Positions 27,481 through 43,100 are shown, counted from the first letter of the stretch. The stretch: DNA of 64,000 nt from Azolla caroliniana (GCA_043228905.1 JBHGNT010000024.1:62001-126000), one strand, 5' to 3'. Numbers and translations are program-made. Notes: generated by a model not told the origin, from the sequence alone.

Positions 27481-29154
27481 TTTTGAAACTCAGCTCGAGA
27501 GACATGACGAAAATAGCAAACTTGAGGAAGGAGTTGAGAAGAGCTAGTAGGTCAATTAAAATGTTCATACCTGGCTCGTGTCATATCCGATTTTTGTGTT
27601 CAAACATGGGAATCGAAGCTAACAACGCTAGCTATGATATGGAATTAAAAAATCAACATTTTGAAACTCATGTCGAGAGATGTGACGAAATTACCAAATT
27701 TGAGGAGTGATTTGAGAGGAGCCCTTGAGTAAATTAAAATGTTCATATCGGGCTCGTGTGATATCGGATTTTTGTGTTCAAACATGCGAATCGAAGCTAA
27801 CAACGCTAGCTATGATATGGAATTAAAAAATCAAGATTTTGAAACTCAGGTCGAGAGACATGACGAAAATAGCAAACTTGAGGAGGGAGTTGAGAAGAGC
27901 CCTTGAGTAAATTAAAATGTTCATACCTGGCTCGTGTGATATCGGATTTTTGTGTTCAAACATGCGAATCGAAGCTAACAACGCTACCTATGATATGGAA
28001 TTAAAAAATCAGGATTTTGAAACTCAGGTCGAGAGACATGACGAAAATAGCAAACTTGAGGAGGGAGTTGAGAGGAGCCCTTGAGTAAATTAAAATGTTC
28101 ATACCTGGCTCGTGTGATATGGATTTTTGTGTTCAAACATGCAAATCGAAGCTAACAACGCTAGCTATGAGATGGAATTAAAAAATCAAGATTTTGAAAC
28201 TCAGGTCGAGAGACATGATGAAAATAGCAAACTTGAGGAGGGAGTTGAGAAGAGCCCTTGAGTAAATTAAAATGTTCATACCTGGCTCGTGTGATATCGG
28301 ATTTTTGTGTTCAAACATGCGAATCGAAGCTAACAACGCTACCTATGATATGGAATTAAAAAATCAAGAATTTGAAACTCAGGTCGAGAGACATGACGAA
28401 AATAGCAAACCTTAGGAGGGAGTTGAGAGGAGCCCTTGAGTAAATTTAAATGTTCATACCTGGCTCGTGTGATATCGGATTTTTGTGTTCAAACATGCAA
28501 ATCGAAGCTAACAACGCTAGCTATGAGATGGAATTAAAAAATCAAGATTTTGAAACTCAGGTCGAGAGACATGACAAAATTACCAAATTTGAGGAGTGAG
28601 TTGAGAAGAGGTAGTAGGTAAATTAAAATGTTCATACCTGGCTCGTGTGATATCGGATTTTTGTGTTCAAACATGCAAATCGAAGCTAACAACGCTACCT
28701 ATGATATGGAATTAAAAAATCAAGAATTTGAAACTCAGGTCGAGAGACATGATGAAAATAGCAAACTTGAGGAGGGAGTGGAGAAGAGCCCTTGAGTAAA
28801 TTAAAATGTTCATACCTGGCTCGTGTGATATCGGATTTTTGTGTTCAAACATGCGAATCGAAGCTAACAACGCTACCTATGATATGGAATTAAAAAATCA
28901 AGATTTTGAAACTCAGGTCAGGAGACATGAAGAAAATAGCAAACTTGAGGAGGGAGTTGAGAGGAGCCCTTGAGTAAATTTAAATGTTCATACCTGGCTC
29001 GTGTGATATCGGATTTTTGTGTTCAAACATGCAAATCGAAGCTAACAACGCTAGCTATGAGATGGAATTAAAAAATCAAGATTTTGAAACTCAGGTCGAG
29101 AGACATGACAAAAATACCAAATTTGAGGAGTGAGTTGAGAAGAGGTAGTAGGTA

Positions 29155-32100
29155 AATTAAAATGTTCATACCTGGCTCGTGTGATATCGGATTTTTGTGT
29201 TCAAACATGCAAATCGAAGCTAACAACGCTACCTATGATATGGAATTAAAAAATCAAGATTTTGAAACTCAGCTCGAGAGACATGACGAAAATAGCAAAC
29301 TTGAGGAAGGAGTTGAGAAGAGCTAGTAGGTCAATTAAAATGTTCATACCTGGCTCGTGTCATATCCGATTTTTGTGTTCAAACATGGGAATCGAAGCTA
29401 ACAACGCTAGCTATGATATGGAATTAAAAAATCAACATTTTGAAACTCATGTCGAGAGATGTGACGAAATTACCAAATTTGAGGAGTGATTTGAGAGGAG
29501 CCCTTGAGTAAATTAAAATGTTCATATCGGGCTCGTGTGATATCGGATTTTTGTGTTCAAACATGCGAATCGAAGCTAACAACGCTACCTATGATATGGA
29601 ATTAAAAAATCAAGATTTTGAAACTCAGGTCGAGAGACATGACGAAAATAGCAAACTTGAGGAGGGAGTTGAGAAGAGCCCTTGAGTAAATTAAAATGTT
29701 CATACCTGGCTCGTGTGATATCGGATTTTTGTGTTCAAACATGCGAATCGAAGCTAACAACGCTACCTATGATATGGAATTAAAAAATCAGGATTTTGAA
29801 ACTCAGGTCGAGAGACATGACGAAAATAGCAAACTTGAGGAGGGAGTTGAGAGGAGCCCTTGAGTAAATTAAAATGTTCATACCTGGCTCGTGTGATATG
29901 GATTTTTGTGTTCAAACATGCAAATCGAAGCTAACAACGCTAGCTATGATATGGAATTAAAAAATCAAGATTTTGAAACTCAGGTCGAGAGACATGACGA
30001 AAATAGCAAACTTGAGGAGGGAGTTGAGAGGAGCCCTTGAGTTAATTAAAATGTTCATACCTGGCTCGTGTGGTATCGGATTTTTGTGTTCAAACATGCG
30101 AATCGAAGCTAACAATGCTAGCTATGATATGGAATTAAAAAATCAAGATTCTAAAACTCAAGTCCAGAGACATGACGAAAATAGCAAACTTGAGGAGGGA
30201 GTTGAGAGGAGCCCTTGAGTAAATTAAAATGTTCATACCTGGCTCGTGTGATATGGATTTTTGTGTTCAAACATGCGAATCGAAGCTAACAACGCTACCT
30301 ATGATATGGAATTAAAAAACCAAGATTTTGAAACTCAGGTCAGGAGACATGAAGAAAATAGCAAACTTGAGGAGGGAGTTGAGAGGAGCCCTTGAGTAAA
30401 TTAAAATGTTCATACCTGGCTCGTGTGATATCGGATTTTTGTGTTCAAACATGCAAATCGAAGCTAACAACGCTACCTATGATATGGAATTAAAAAATCA
30501 AGATTTTGAAACTCAGCTCGAGAGACATGACGAAAATAGCAAACTTGAGGAAGGAGTTGAGAAGAGCTAGTAGGTCAATTAAAATGTTCATACCTGGCTC
30601 GTGTCATATCCGATTTTTGTGTTCAAACATGGGAATCGAAGCTAACAATGCTAGCTATGATATGGAATTAAAAAATCAACATTTTGAAACTCATGTCGAG
30701 AGATGTGACGAAATTACCAAATTTGAGGAGTGATTTGAGAGGAGCCCTTGAGTAAATTAAAATGTTCATATCGGGCTCGTGTGATATCGGATTTTTGTGT
30801 TCAAACATGCGAATCGAAGCTAACAACGCTACCTATGATATGGAATTAAAAAATCAAGATTTTGAAACTCAGGTCGAGAGACATGACGAAAATAGCAAAC
30901 TTGAGGAGGGAGTTGAGAAGAGCCCTTGAGTAAATTAAAATGTTCATACCTGGCTCGTGTGATATCGGATTTTTGTGTTCAAACATGCGAATCGAAGCTA
31001 ACAACGCTACCTATGATATGGAATTAAAAAATCAGGATTTTGAAACTCAGGTCGAGAGACATGACGAAAATAGCAAACTTGAGGAGGGAGTTGAGAGGAG
31101 CCCTTGAGTAAATTAAAATGTTCATACCTGGCTCGTGTGATATGGATTTTTGTGTTCAAACATGCAAATCGAAGCTAACAACGCTAGCTATGAGATGGAA
31201 TTAAAAAATCAAGATTTTGAAACTCAGGTCGAGAGACATGATGAAAATAGCAAACTTGAGGAGGGAGTTGAGAAGAGCCCTTGAGTAAATTAAAATGTTC
31301 ATACCTGGCTCGTGTGATATCGGATTTTTGTGTTCAAACATGCGAATCGAAGCTAACAACGCTACCTATGATATGGAATTAAAAAATCAAGAATTTGAAA
31401 CTCATGTCGAGAGATGTGACGAAATTACCAAATTTGAGGAGTGATTTGAGAGGAGCCCTTGAGTAAATTAAAATGTTCATATCGGGCTCGTGTGATATCG
31501 GATTATTGTGTTCAAACATGCAAATCGAAGCTAACAACGCTAGCTATGAGATGGAATTAAAAAATCAAGATTTTGAAACTCAGGTCGAGGGACATGACGA
31601 AAATAGCAAACTTGAGGAGGGAGTTGAGAGGAGCCCTTGAGTTAATTAAAATGTTCATACCTGGCTCGTGTGGTATCGGATTTTTGTGTTCAAACATGCG
31701 AATCGAAGCTAACAATGCTAGCTATGATATGGAATTAAAAAATCAAGATTCTAAAACTCAAGTCCAGAGACATGACGAAAATAGCAAACTTGAGGAGGGA
31801 GTTGAGAGGAGCCCTTGAGTAAATTAAAATGTTCATACCTGGCTCGTGTGATATGGATTTTTGTGTTCAAACATGCGAATCGAAGCTAACAACGCTACCT
31901 ATGATATGGAATTAAAAAACCAAGATTTTGAAACTCAGGTCAGGAGACATGAAGAAAATAGCAAACTTGAGGAGGGAGTTGAGAGGAGCCCTTGAGTAAA
32001 TTAAAATGTTCATACCTGGCTCGTGTGATATCGGATTTTTGTGTTCAAACATGCAAATCGAAGCTAACAACGCTACCTATGATATGGAATTAAAAAATCA

Positions 32101-35100
32101 AGATTTTGAAACTCAGCTCGAGAGACATGACGAAAATAGCAAACTTGAGGAAGGAGTTGAGAAGAGCTAGTAGGTCAATTAAAATGTTCATACCTGGCTC
32201 GTGTCATATCCGATTTTTGTGTTCAAACATGGGAATCGAAGCTAACAACGCTAGCTATGATATGGAATTAAAAAATCAACATTTTGAAACTCATGTCGAG
32301 AGATGTGACGAAATTACCAAATTTGAGGAGTGATTTGAGAGGAGCCCTTGAGTAAATTAAAATGTTCATATCGGGCTCGTGTGATATCGGATTTTTGTGT
32401 TCAAACATGCGAATCGAAGCTAACAACGCTACCTATGATATGGAATTAAAAAATCAAGATTTTGAAACTCAGGTCGAGAGACATGACGAAAATAGCAAAC
32501 TTGAGGAGGGAGTTGAGAAGAGCCCTTGAGTAAATTAAAATGTTCATACCTGGCTCGTGTGATATCGGATTTTTGTGTTCAAACATGCGAATCGAAGCTA
32601 ACAACGCTACCTATGATATGGAATTAAAAAATCAGGATTTTGAAACTCAGGTCGAGAGACATGACGAAAATAGCAAACTTGAGGAGGGAGTTGAGAGGAG
32701 CCCTTGAGTAAATTAAAATGTTCATACCTGGCTCGTGTGATATGGATTTTTGTGTTCAAACATGCAAATCGAAGCTAACAACGCTAGCTATGATATGGAA
32801 TTAAAAAATCAAGATTTTGAAACTCAGGTCGAGAGACATGACGAAAATAGCAAACTTGAGGAGGGAGTTGAGAGGAGCCCTTGAGTTAATTAAAATGTTC
32901 ATACCTGGCTCGTGTGGTATCGGATTTTTGTGTTCAAACATGCGAATCGAAGCTAACAATGCTAGCTATGATATGGAATTAAAAAATCAAGATTCTAAAA
33001 CTCAAGTCCAGAGACATGACGAAAATAGCAAACTTGAGGAGGGAGTTGAGAGGAGCCCTTGAGTAAATTAAAATGTTCATACCTGGCTCGTGTGATATGG
33101 ATTTTTGTGTTCAAACATGCGAATCGAAGCTAACAACGCTACCTATGATATGGAATTAAAAAACCAAGATTTTGAAACTCAGGTCAGGAGACATGAAGAA
33201 AATAGCAAACTTGAGGAGGGAGTTGAGAGGAGCCCTTGAGTAAATTAAAATGTTCATACCTGGCTCGTGTGATATCGGATTTTTGTGTTCAAACATGCAA
33301 ATCGAAGCTAACAACGCTACCTATGATATGGAATTAAAAAATCAAGATTTTGAAACTCAGCTCGAGAGACATGACGAAAATAGCAAACTTGAGGAAGGAG
33401 TTGAGAAGAGCTAGTAGGTCAATTAAAATGTTCATACCTGGCTCGTGTCATATCCGATTTTTGTGTTCAAACATGGGAATCGAAGCTAACAATGCTAGCT
33501 ATGATATGGAATTAAAAAATCAACATTTTGAAACTCATGTCGAGAGATGTGACGAAATTACCAAATTTGAGGAGTGATTTGAGAGGAGCCCTTGAGTAAA
33601 TTAAAATGTTCATATCGGGCTCGTGTGATATCGGATTTTTGTGTTCAAACATGCGAATCGAAGCTAACAACGCTACCTATGATATGGAATTAAAAAATCA
33701 AGATTTTGAAACTCAGGTCGAGAGACATGACGAAAATAGCAAACTTGAGGAGGGAGTTGAGAAGAGCCCTTGAGTAAATTAAAATGTTCATACCTGGCTC
33801 GTGTGATATCGGATTTTTGTGTTCAAACATGCGAATCGAAGCTAACAACGCTACCTATGATATGGAATTAAAAAATCAGGATTTTGAAACTCAGGTCGAG
33901 AGACATGACGAAAATAGCAAACTTGAGGAGGGAGTTGAGAGGAGCCCTTGAGTAAATTAAAATGTTCATACCTGGCTCGTGTGATATGGATTTTTGTGTT
34001 CAAACATGCAAATCGAAGCTAACAACGCTAGCTATGAGATGGAATTAAAAAATCAAGATTTTGAAACTCAGGTCGAGAGACATGATGAAAATAGCAAACT
34101 TGAGGAGGGAGTTGAGAAGAGCCCTTGAGTAAATTAAAATGTTCATACCTGGCTCGTGTGATATCGGATTTTTGTGTTCAAACATGCGAATCGAAGCTAA
34201 CAACGCTACCTATGATATGGAATTAAAAAATCAAGAATTTGAAACTCATGTCGAGAGATGTGACGAAATTACCAAATTTGAGGAGTGATTTGAGAGGAGC
34301 CCTTGAGTAAATTAAAATGTTCATATCGGGCTCGTGTGATATCGGATTATTGTGTTCAAACATGCAAATCGAAGCTAACAACGCTAGCTATGAGATGGAA
34401 TTAAAAAATCAAGATTTTGAAACTCAGGTCGAGGGACATGACGAAAATAGCAAACTTGAGGAGGGAGTTGAGAGGAGCCCTTGAGTTAATTAAAATGTTC
34501 ATACCTGGCTCGTGTGGTATCGGATTTTTGTGTTCAAACATGCGAATCGAAGCTAACAATGCTAGCTATGATATGGAATTAAAAAATCAAGATTCTAAAA
34601 CTCAAGTCCAGAGACATGACGAAAATAGCAAACTTGAGGAGGGAGTTGAGAGGAGCCCTTGAGTAAATTAAAATGTTCATACCTGGCTCGTGTGATATGG
34701 ATTTTTGTGTTCAAACATGCGAATCGAAGCTAACAACGCTACCTATGATATGGAATTAAAAAACCAAGATTTTGAAACTCAGGTCAGGAGACATGAAGAA
34801 AATAGCAAACTTGAGGAGGGAGTTGAGAGGAGCCCTTGAGTAAATTAAAATGTTCATACCTGGCTCGTGTGATATCGGATTTTTGTGTTCAAACATGCAA
34901 ATCGAAGCTAACAACGCTACCTATGATATGGAATTAAAAAATCAAGATTTTGAAACTCAGCTCGAGAGACATGACGAAAATAGCAAACTTGAGGAAGGAG
35001 TTGAGAAGAGCTAGTAGGTCAATTAAAATGTTCATACCTGGCTCGTGTCATATCCGATTTTTGTGTTCAAACATGGGAATCGAAGCTAACAACGCTAGCT

Positions 35101-37275
35101 ATGATATGGAATTAAAAAATCAACATTTTGAAACTCATGTCGAGAGATGTGACGAAATTACCAAATTTGAGGAGTGATTTGAGAGGAGCCCTTGAGTAAA
35201 TTAAAATGTTCATATCGGGCTCGTGTGATATCGGATTTTTGTGTTCAAACATGCGAATCGAAGCTAACAACGCTACCTATGATATGGAATTAAAAAATCA
35301 AGATTTTGAAACTCAGGTCGAGAGACATGACGAAAATAGCAAACTTGAGGAGGGAGTTGAGAAGAGCCCTTGAGTAAATTAAAATGTTCATACCTGGCTC
35401 GTGTGATATCGGATTTTTGTGTTCAAACATGCGAATCGAAGCTAACAACGCTACCTATGATATGGAATTAAAAAATCAGGATTTTGAAACTCAGGTCGAG
35501 AGACATGACGAAAATAGCAAACTTGAGGAGGGAGTTGAGAGGAGCCCTTGAGTAAATTAAAATGTTCATACCTGGCTCGTGTGATATGGATTTTTGTGTT
35601 CAAACATGCAAATCGAAGCTAACAACGCTAGCTATGATATGGAATTAAAAAATCAAGATTTTGAAACTCAGGTCGAGAGACATGACGAAAATAGCAAACT
35701 TGAGGAGGGAGTTGAGAGGAGCCCTTGAGTTAATTAAAATGTTCATACCTGGCTCGTGTGGTATCGGATTTTTGTGTTCAAACATGCGAATCGAAGCTAA
35801 CAATGCTAGCTATGATATGGAATTAAAAAATCAAGATTCTAAAACTCAAGTCCAGAGACATGACGAAAATAGCAAACTTGAGGAGGGAGTTGAGAGGAGC
35901 CCTTGAGTAAATTAAAATGTTCATACCTGGCTCGTGTGATATGGATTTTTGTGTTCAAACATGCGAATCGAAGCTAACAACGCTACCTATGATATGGAAT
36001 TAAAAAACCAAGATTTTGAAACTCAGGTCAGGAGACATGAAGAAAATAGCAAACTTGAGGAGGGAGTTGAGAGGAGCCCTTGAGTAAATTAAAATGTTCA
36101 TACCTGGCTCGTGTGATATCGGATTTTTGTGTTCAAACATGCAAATCGAAGCTAACAACGCTACCTATGATATGGAATTAAAAAATCAAGATTTTGAAAC
36201 TCAGCTCGAGAGACATGACGAAAATAGCAAACTTGAGGAAGGAGTTGAGAAGAGCTAGTAGGTCAATTAAAATGTTCATACCTGGCTCGTGTCATATCCG
36301 ATTTTTGTGTTCAAACATGGGAATCGAAGCTAACAATGCTAGCTATGATATGGAATTAAAAAATCAACATTTTGAAACTCATGTCGAGAGATGTGACGAA
36401 ATTACCAAATTTGAGGAGTGATTTGAGAGGAGCCCTTGAGTAAATTAAAATGTTCATATCGGGCTCGTGTGATATCGGATTTTTGTGTTCAAACATGCGA
36501 ATCGAAGCTAACAACGCTACCTATGATATGGAATTAAAAAATCAAGATTTTGAAACTCAGGTCGAGAGACATGACGAAAATAGCAAACTTGAGGAGGGAG
36601 TTGAGAAGAGCCCTTGAGTAAATTAAAATGTTCATACCTGGCTCGTGTGATATCGGATTTTTGTGTTCAAACATGCGAATCGAAGCTAACAACGCTACCT
36701 ATGATATGGAATTAAAAAATCAGGATTTTGAAACTCAGGTCGAGAGACATGACGAAAATAGCAAACTTGAGGAGGGAGTTGAGAGGAGCCCTTGAGTAAA
36801 TTAAAATGTTCATACCTGGCTCGTGTGATATGGATTTTTGTGTTCAAACATGCAAATCGAAGCTAACAACGCTAGCTATGAGATGGAATTAAAAAATCAA
36901 GATTTTGAAACTCAGGTCGAGAGACATGATGAAAATAGCAAACTTGAGGAGGGAGTTGAGAAGAGCCCTTGAGTAAATTAAAATGTTCATACCTGGCTCG
37001 TGTGATATCGGATTTTTGTGTTCAAACATGCGAATCGAAGCTAACAACGCTACCTATGATATGGAATTAAAAAATCAAGAATTTGAAACTCATGTCGAGA
37101 GATGTGACGAAATTACCAAATTTGAGGAGTGATTTGAGAGGAGCCCTTGAGTAAATTAAAATGTTCATATCGGGCTCGTGTGATATCGGATTATTGTGTT
37201 CAAACATGCAAATCGAAGCTAACAACGCTAGCTATGAGATGGAATTAAAAAATCAAGATTTTGAAACTCAGGTCG
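29155..37275 (+). repeat. 16-mer higher-order repeat (2,844 bp = 1,244-bp 7-mer + 1,600-bp 9-mer), about 2.85 copies
   Basis: The marker monomer (ORF MKLSSR...) lies at 29262, 30506, 32106, 33350, 34950 and 36194, with spacings 1244/1600/1244/1600/1244. A second marker at 29973, 31573, 32817, 34417 and 35661 shows the same alternation. Confidence 0.93.
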
Positions 37276-40178
37276 AGAGACATGATGAAAATAGCAAACT
37301 TGAGGAGGGAGTTGAGAGGAGCCCTTGAGTAAATTAAAATGTTCATATCGGGCTCGTGTGATATCGGATTTTTGTGTTCAAACATGCGCATCGAAGCTAA
37401 CAACGCTACCTATGATATGGAATTAAAAAATCAAGATTTTGAAACTCAGGTCGAGAGACATGACGAAAATAGCAAACTTGAGGAGGGAGTTGAGAGGAGC
37501 CCTTGAGTAAATTAAAATGTTCATACCTAGCTCGTGTGATATCGGATTTTTGTGTTCAAACATGCGAATCGAAGCTAACAACGCTACCTATGATATGGAA
37601 TTAAAAAATCAAGATTTTGAAACTCAGGTCGAGAGACATGACGAAAATAGCAAACTTGAGGAAGGAGTTGAGAGGAGCCCTTGAGTAAATTAAAATGTTC
37701 ATACCTGGCTCGTGTGATATCGGATTTTTGTTGTCAAACATGCGAATCGAAGCTAACAACGCTAGCTATGATATGGAATTAAAAAATCAAGAATTTGAAA
37801 CTCAGGTCGAGAGACATGACGAAATTACCAAATTTGAGGAGTGATTTGAGAGGAGCCCTTGAGTAAATTAAAATGTTCATATCGGGCTCGTTAGATATCG
37901 GATTTTTGTGTTCAAACATGCAAATGGAAGCTAACAACGCTACCTATGATATGGAATTAAAAAATCAAGATTTTGAAACTCAGGTCGAGAGACATGATGA
38001 AAATAGCAAACTTGAGGAGGGAGTTGAGAAGAGCCCTTGAGTAAATTAAAATGTTCATACCTGGCTCGTATGATATCGGATTTTTGTGTTCAAACATGCG
38101 AATCGAAGCTAACAACGCTAGCTATGATATGGAATTAAAAAATCAAGATTTTGAAACTCAGGTCGAGAGACATGACGAAAATAGCAAACTTGAGGAGGGA
38201 GTTGAGAGGAGCCCTTGAGTAAATTAAAATGTTCATACCTGGCTCGTGTGATATGGATTTTTGTGTTCAAACATGCGAATCGAAGCTAACAACGCTACCT
38301 ATGATATGGAATTAAAAAATCAAGATTTTGAAACTCAGGTCGAGGGACATGACGAAAATAGCAAACTTGAGGAAGGAGTTGAGAGGAGCCCTTGAGTAAA
38401 TTAAAATATTCATACCTGGCTCGTGTGATATCGGATTTTTGTGTTCAAACATGCGAATCGAAGCTGGCGACGCTACCTATGATATGGAATTAAAAAATCA
38501 AGATTTTGAAACTCAGGTCGAGAGACATGACGAAAATAGCAAACCTTAGGAGGGAGTTGAGAGGAGCCCTTGAGTAAATTTAAATGTTCATACCTGGCTC
38601 GTGTGGTATCGGATTTTTGTGTTCAAACATGCGAATCGAAGCTAACAATGCTAGCTATGATATGGAATTAAAAAATCAAGATTTTGAAACTCAAGTCAAG
38701 AGACATGACGAAATTACCTAAATTGAGGAGTGAGTTGAGAAGAGCTAGTAGGTAAATTTAAATGTTCATACCTGGCTCGTGTCATATCGGATTTATGTGT
38801 TCAAATATGCGAATCGAAGCTAACAACGCTAGCTATGAGATGGAATTAAAAAATCAAGATTTTGAAACTCAGGTCGAGAGACATGACGAAAATAGCAAAC
38901 TTGAGGAGGGAGTTGAGAAGAGCTAGTAGGTAAATTTAAATGTTCATACCTGGCGACTGTGATATCGGATTTATGTGTTCAAACATGCGAATCGAAGCTA
39001 ACAACGCTACCTATGATATGGAATTAAAAAATCAAGAATTTGAAACTCAGGTCGAGAGATGTGACGAAATTACCAAATTTGAGAAATGATTTGAGAGGAG
39101 CCCTTGAGTAAATTAAAATGTTCATATCGGGCTCGTGTGATATCGGATTTTTGTGTTCAAACATGCAAATCGAAGCTAACAACGCTACATATGAGATGGA
39201 ATTAAAAAATCAAGATTTTGAAACTCAGGTCGAGAGACATGATGAAAATAGCAAACTTGAGGAGGGAGTTGAGAAGAGCCCTTGAGTAAATTAAAATGTT
39301 CATACCTGGCTCGTGTGATATCGGATTTTTGTGTTCAAACATGCGAATCGAAGCTAACAACGCTACCTATGATATGGAATTAAAAAATCAAGAATTTGAA
39401 ACTCAGGTCGAGAGACATGACGAAAATAGCAAACCTTAGGAGGGAGTTGAGAGGAGCCCTTGAGTAAATTTAAATGTTCATACCTGGCTCGTGTGATATC
39501 GGATTTTTGTGTTCAAACATGCAAATCGAAGCTAACAACGCTAGCTATGAGATGGAATTAAAAAATCAAGATTTTGAAACTCAGGTCGAGAGACATGACA
39601 AAATTACCAAATTTGAGGAGTGAGTTGAGAAGAGGTAGTAGGTAAATTAAAATGTTCATACCTGGCTCGTGTGATATCGGATTTTTGTGTTCAAACATGC
39701 AAATCGAAGCTAACAACGCTACCTATGATATGGAATTAAAAAATCAAGAATTTGAAACTCAGGTCGAGAGACATGATGAAAATAGCAAACTTGAGGAGGG
39801 ACTGGAGAAGAGCCCTTGAGTAAATTAAAATGTTCATACCTGGCTCGTGTGATATCGGATTTTTGTGTTCAAACATGCGAATCGAAGCTAACAACGCTAC
39901 CTATGATATGGAATTAAAAAATCAAGATTTTGAAACTCAGGTCAGGAGACATGAAGAAAATAGCAAACTTGAGGAGGGAGTTGAGAGGAGCCCTTGAGTA
40001 AATTTAAATGTTCATACCTGGCTCGTGTGATATCGGATTTTTGTGTTCAAACATGCAAATCGAAGCTAACAACGCTAGCTATGAGATGGAATTAAAAAAT
40101 CAAGATTTTGAAACTCAGGTCGAGAGACATGACAAAAATACCAAATTTGAGGAGTGAGTTGAGAAGAGGTAGTAGGTA

Positions 40179-43100
40179 AATTAAAATGTTCATACCTGGC
40201 TCGTGTGATATCGGATTTTTGTGTTCAAACATGCAAATCGAAGCTAACAACGCTACCTATGATATGGAATTAAAAAATCAAGATTTTGAAACTCAGCTCG
40301 AGAGACATGACGAAAATAGCAAACTTGAGGAAGGAGTTGAGAAGAGCTAGTAGGTCAATTAAAATGTTCATACCTGGCTCGTGTCATATCCGATTTTTGT
40401 GTTCAAACATGGGAATCGAAGCTAACAACGCTAGCTATGATATGGAATTAAAAAATCAACATTTTGAAACTCATGTCGAGAGATGTGACGAAATTACCAA
40501 ATTTGAGGAGTGATTTGAGAGGAGCCCTTGAGTAAATTAAAATGTTCATATCGGGCTCGTGTGATATCGGATTTTTGTGTTCAAACATGCGAATCGAAGC
40601 TAACAACGCTACCTATGATATGGAATTAAAAAATCAAGATTTTGAAACTCAGGTCGAGAGACATGACGAAAATAGCAAACTTGAGGAGGGAGTTGAGAAG
40701 AGCCCTTGAGTAAATTAAAATGTTCATACCTGGCTCGTGTGATATCGGATTTTTGTGTTCAAACATGCGAATCGAAGCTAACAACGCTACCTATGATATG
40801 GAATTAAAAAATCAGGATTTTGAAACTCAGGTCGAGAGACATGACGAAAATAGCAAACTTGAGGAGGGAGTTGAGAGGAGCCCTTGAGTAAATTAAAATG
40901 TTCATACCTGGCTCGTGTGATATGGATTTTTGTGTTCAAACATGCAAATCGAAGCTAACAACGCTAGCTATGATATGGAATTAAAAAATCAAGATTTTGA
41001 AACTCAGGTCGAGAGACATGACGAAAATAGCAAACTTGAGGAGGGAGTTGAGAGGAGCCCTTGAGTTAATTAAAATGTTCATACCTGGCTCGTGTGGTAT
41101 CGGATTTTTGTGTTCAAACATGCGAATCGAAGCTAACAATGCTAGCTATGATATGGAATTAAAAAATCAAGATTCTAAAACTCAAGTCCAGAGACATGAC
41201 GAAAATAGCAAACTTGAGGAGGGAGTTGAGAGGAGCCCTTGAGTAAATTAAAATGTTCATACCTGGCTCGTGTGATATGGATTTTTGTGTTCAAACATGC
41301 GAATCGAAGCTAACAACGCTACCTATGATATGGAATTAAAAAACCAAGATTTTGAAACTCAGGTCAGGAGACATGAAGAAAATAGCAAACTTGAGGAGGG
41401 AGTTGAGAGGAGCCCTTGAGTAAATTAAAATGTTCATACCTGGCTCGTGTGATATCGGATTTTTGTGTTCAAACATGCAAATCGAAGCTAACAACGCTAC
41501 CTATGATATGGAATTAAAAAATCAAGATTTTGAAACTCAGCTCGAGAGACATGACGAAAATAGCAAACTTGAGGAAGGAGTTGAGAAGAGCTAGTAGGTC
41601 AATTAAAATGTTCATACCTGGCTCGTGTCATATCCGATTTTTGTGTTCAAACATGGGAATCGAAGCTAACAATGCTAGCTATGATATGGAATTAAAAAAT
41701 CAACATTTTGAAACTCATGTCGAGAGATGTGACGAAATTACCAAATTTGAGGAGTGATTTGAGAGGAGCCCTTGAGTAAATTAAAATGTTCATATCGGGC
41801 TCGTGTGATATCGGATTTTTGTGTTCAAACATGCGAATCGAAGCTAACAACGCTACCTATGATATGGAATTAAAAAATCAAGATTTTGAAACTCAGGTCG
41901 AGAGACATGACGAAAATAGCAAACTTGAGGAGGGAGTTGAGAAGAGCCCTTGAGTAAATTAAAATGTTCATACCTGGCTCGTGTGATATCGGATTTTTGT
42001 GTTCAAACATGCGAATCGAAGCTAACAACGCTACCTATGATATGGAATTAAAAAATCAGGATTTTGAAACTCAGGTCGAGAGACATGACGAAAATAGCAA
42101 ACTTGAGGAGGGAGTTGAGAGGAGCCCTTGAGTAAATTAAAATGTTCATACCTGGCTCGTGTGATATGGATTTTTGTGTTCAAACATGCAAATCGAAGCT
42201 AACAACGCTAGCTATGAGATGGAATTAAAAAATCAAGATTTTGAAACTCAGGTCGAGAGACATGATGAAAATAGCAAACTTGAGGAGGGAGTTGAGAAGA
42301 GCCCTTGAGTAAATTAAAATGTTCATACCTGGCTCGTGTGATATCGGATTTTTGTGTTCAAACATGCGAATCGAAGCTAACAACGCTACCTATGATATGG
42401 AATTAAAAAATCAAGAATTTGAAACTCATGTCGAGAGATGTGACGAAATTACCAAATTTGAGGAGTGATTTGAGAGGAGCCCTTGAGTAAATTAAAATGT
42501 TCATATCGGGCTCGTGTGATATCGGATTATTGTGTTCAAACATGCAAATCGAAGCTAACAACGCTAGCTATGAGATGGAATTAAAAAATCAAGATTTTGA
42601 AACTCAGGTCGAGGGACATGACGAAAATAGCAAACTTGAGGAGGGAGTTGAGAGGAGCCCTTGAGTTAATTAAAATGTTCATACCTGGCTCGTGTGGTAT
42701 CGGATTTTTGTGTTCAAACATGCGAATCGAAGCTAACAATGCTAGCTATGATATGGAATTAAAAAATCAAGATTCTAAAACTCAAGTCCAGAGACATGAC
42801 GAAAATAGCAAACTTGAGGAGGGAGTTGAGAGGAGCCCTTGAGTAAATTAAAATGTTCATACCTGGCTCGTGTGATATGGATTTTTGTGTTCAAACATGC
42901 GAATCGAAGCTAACAACGCTACCTATGATATGGAATTAAAAAACCAAGATTTTGAAACTCAGGTCAGGAGACATGAAGAAAATAGCAAACTTGAGGAGGG
43001 AGTTGAGAGGAGCCCTTGAGTAAATTAAAATGTTCATACCTGGCTCGTGTGATATCGGATTTTTGTGTTCAAACATGCAAATCGAAGCTAACAACGCTAC

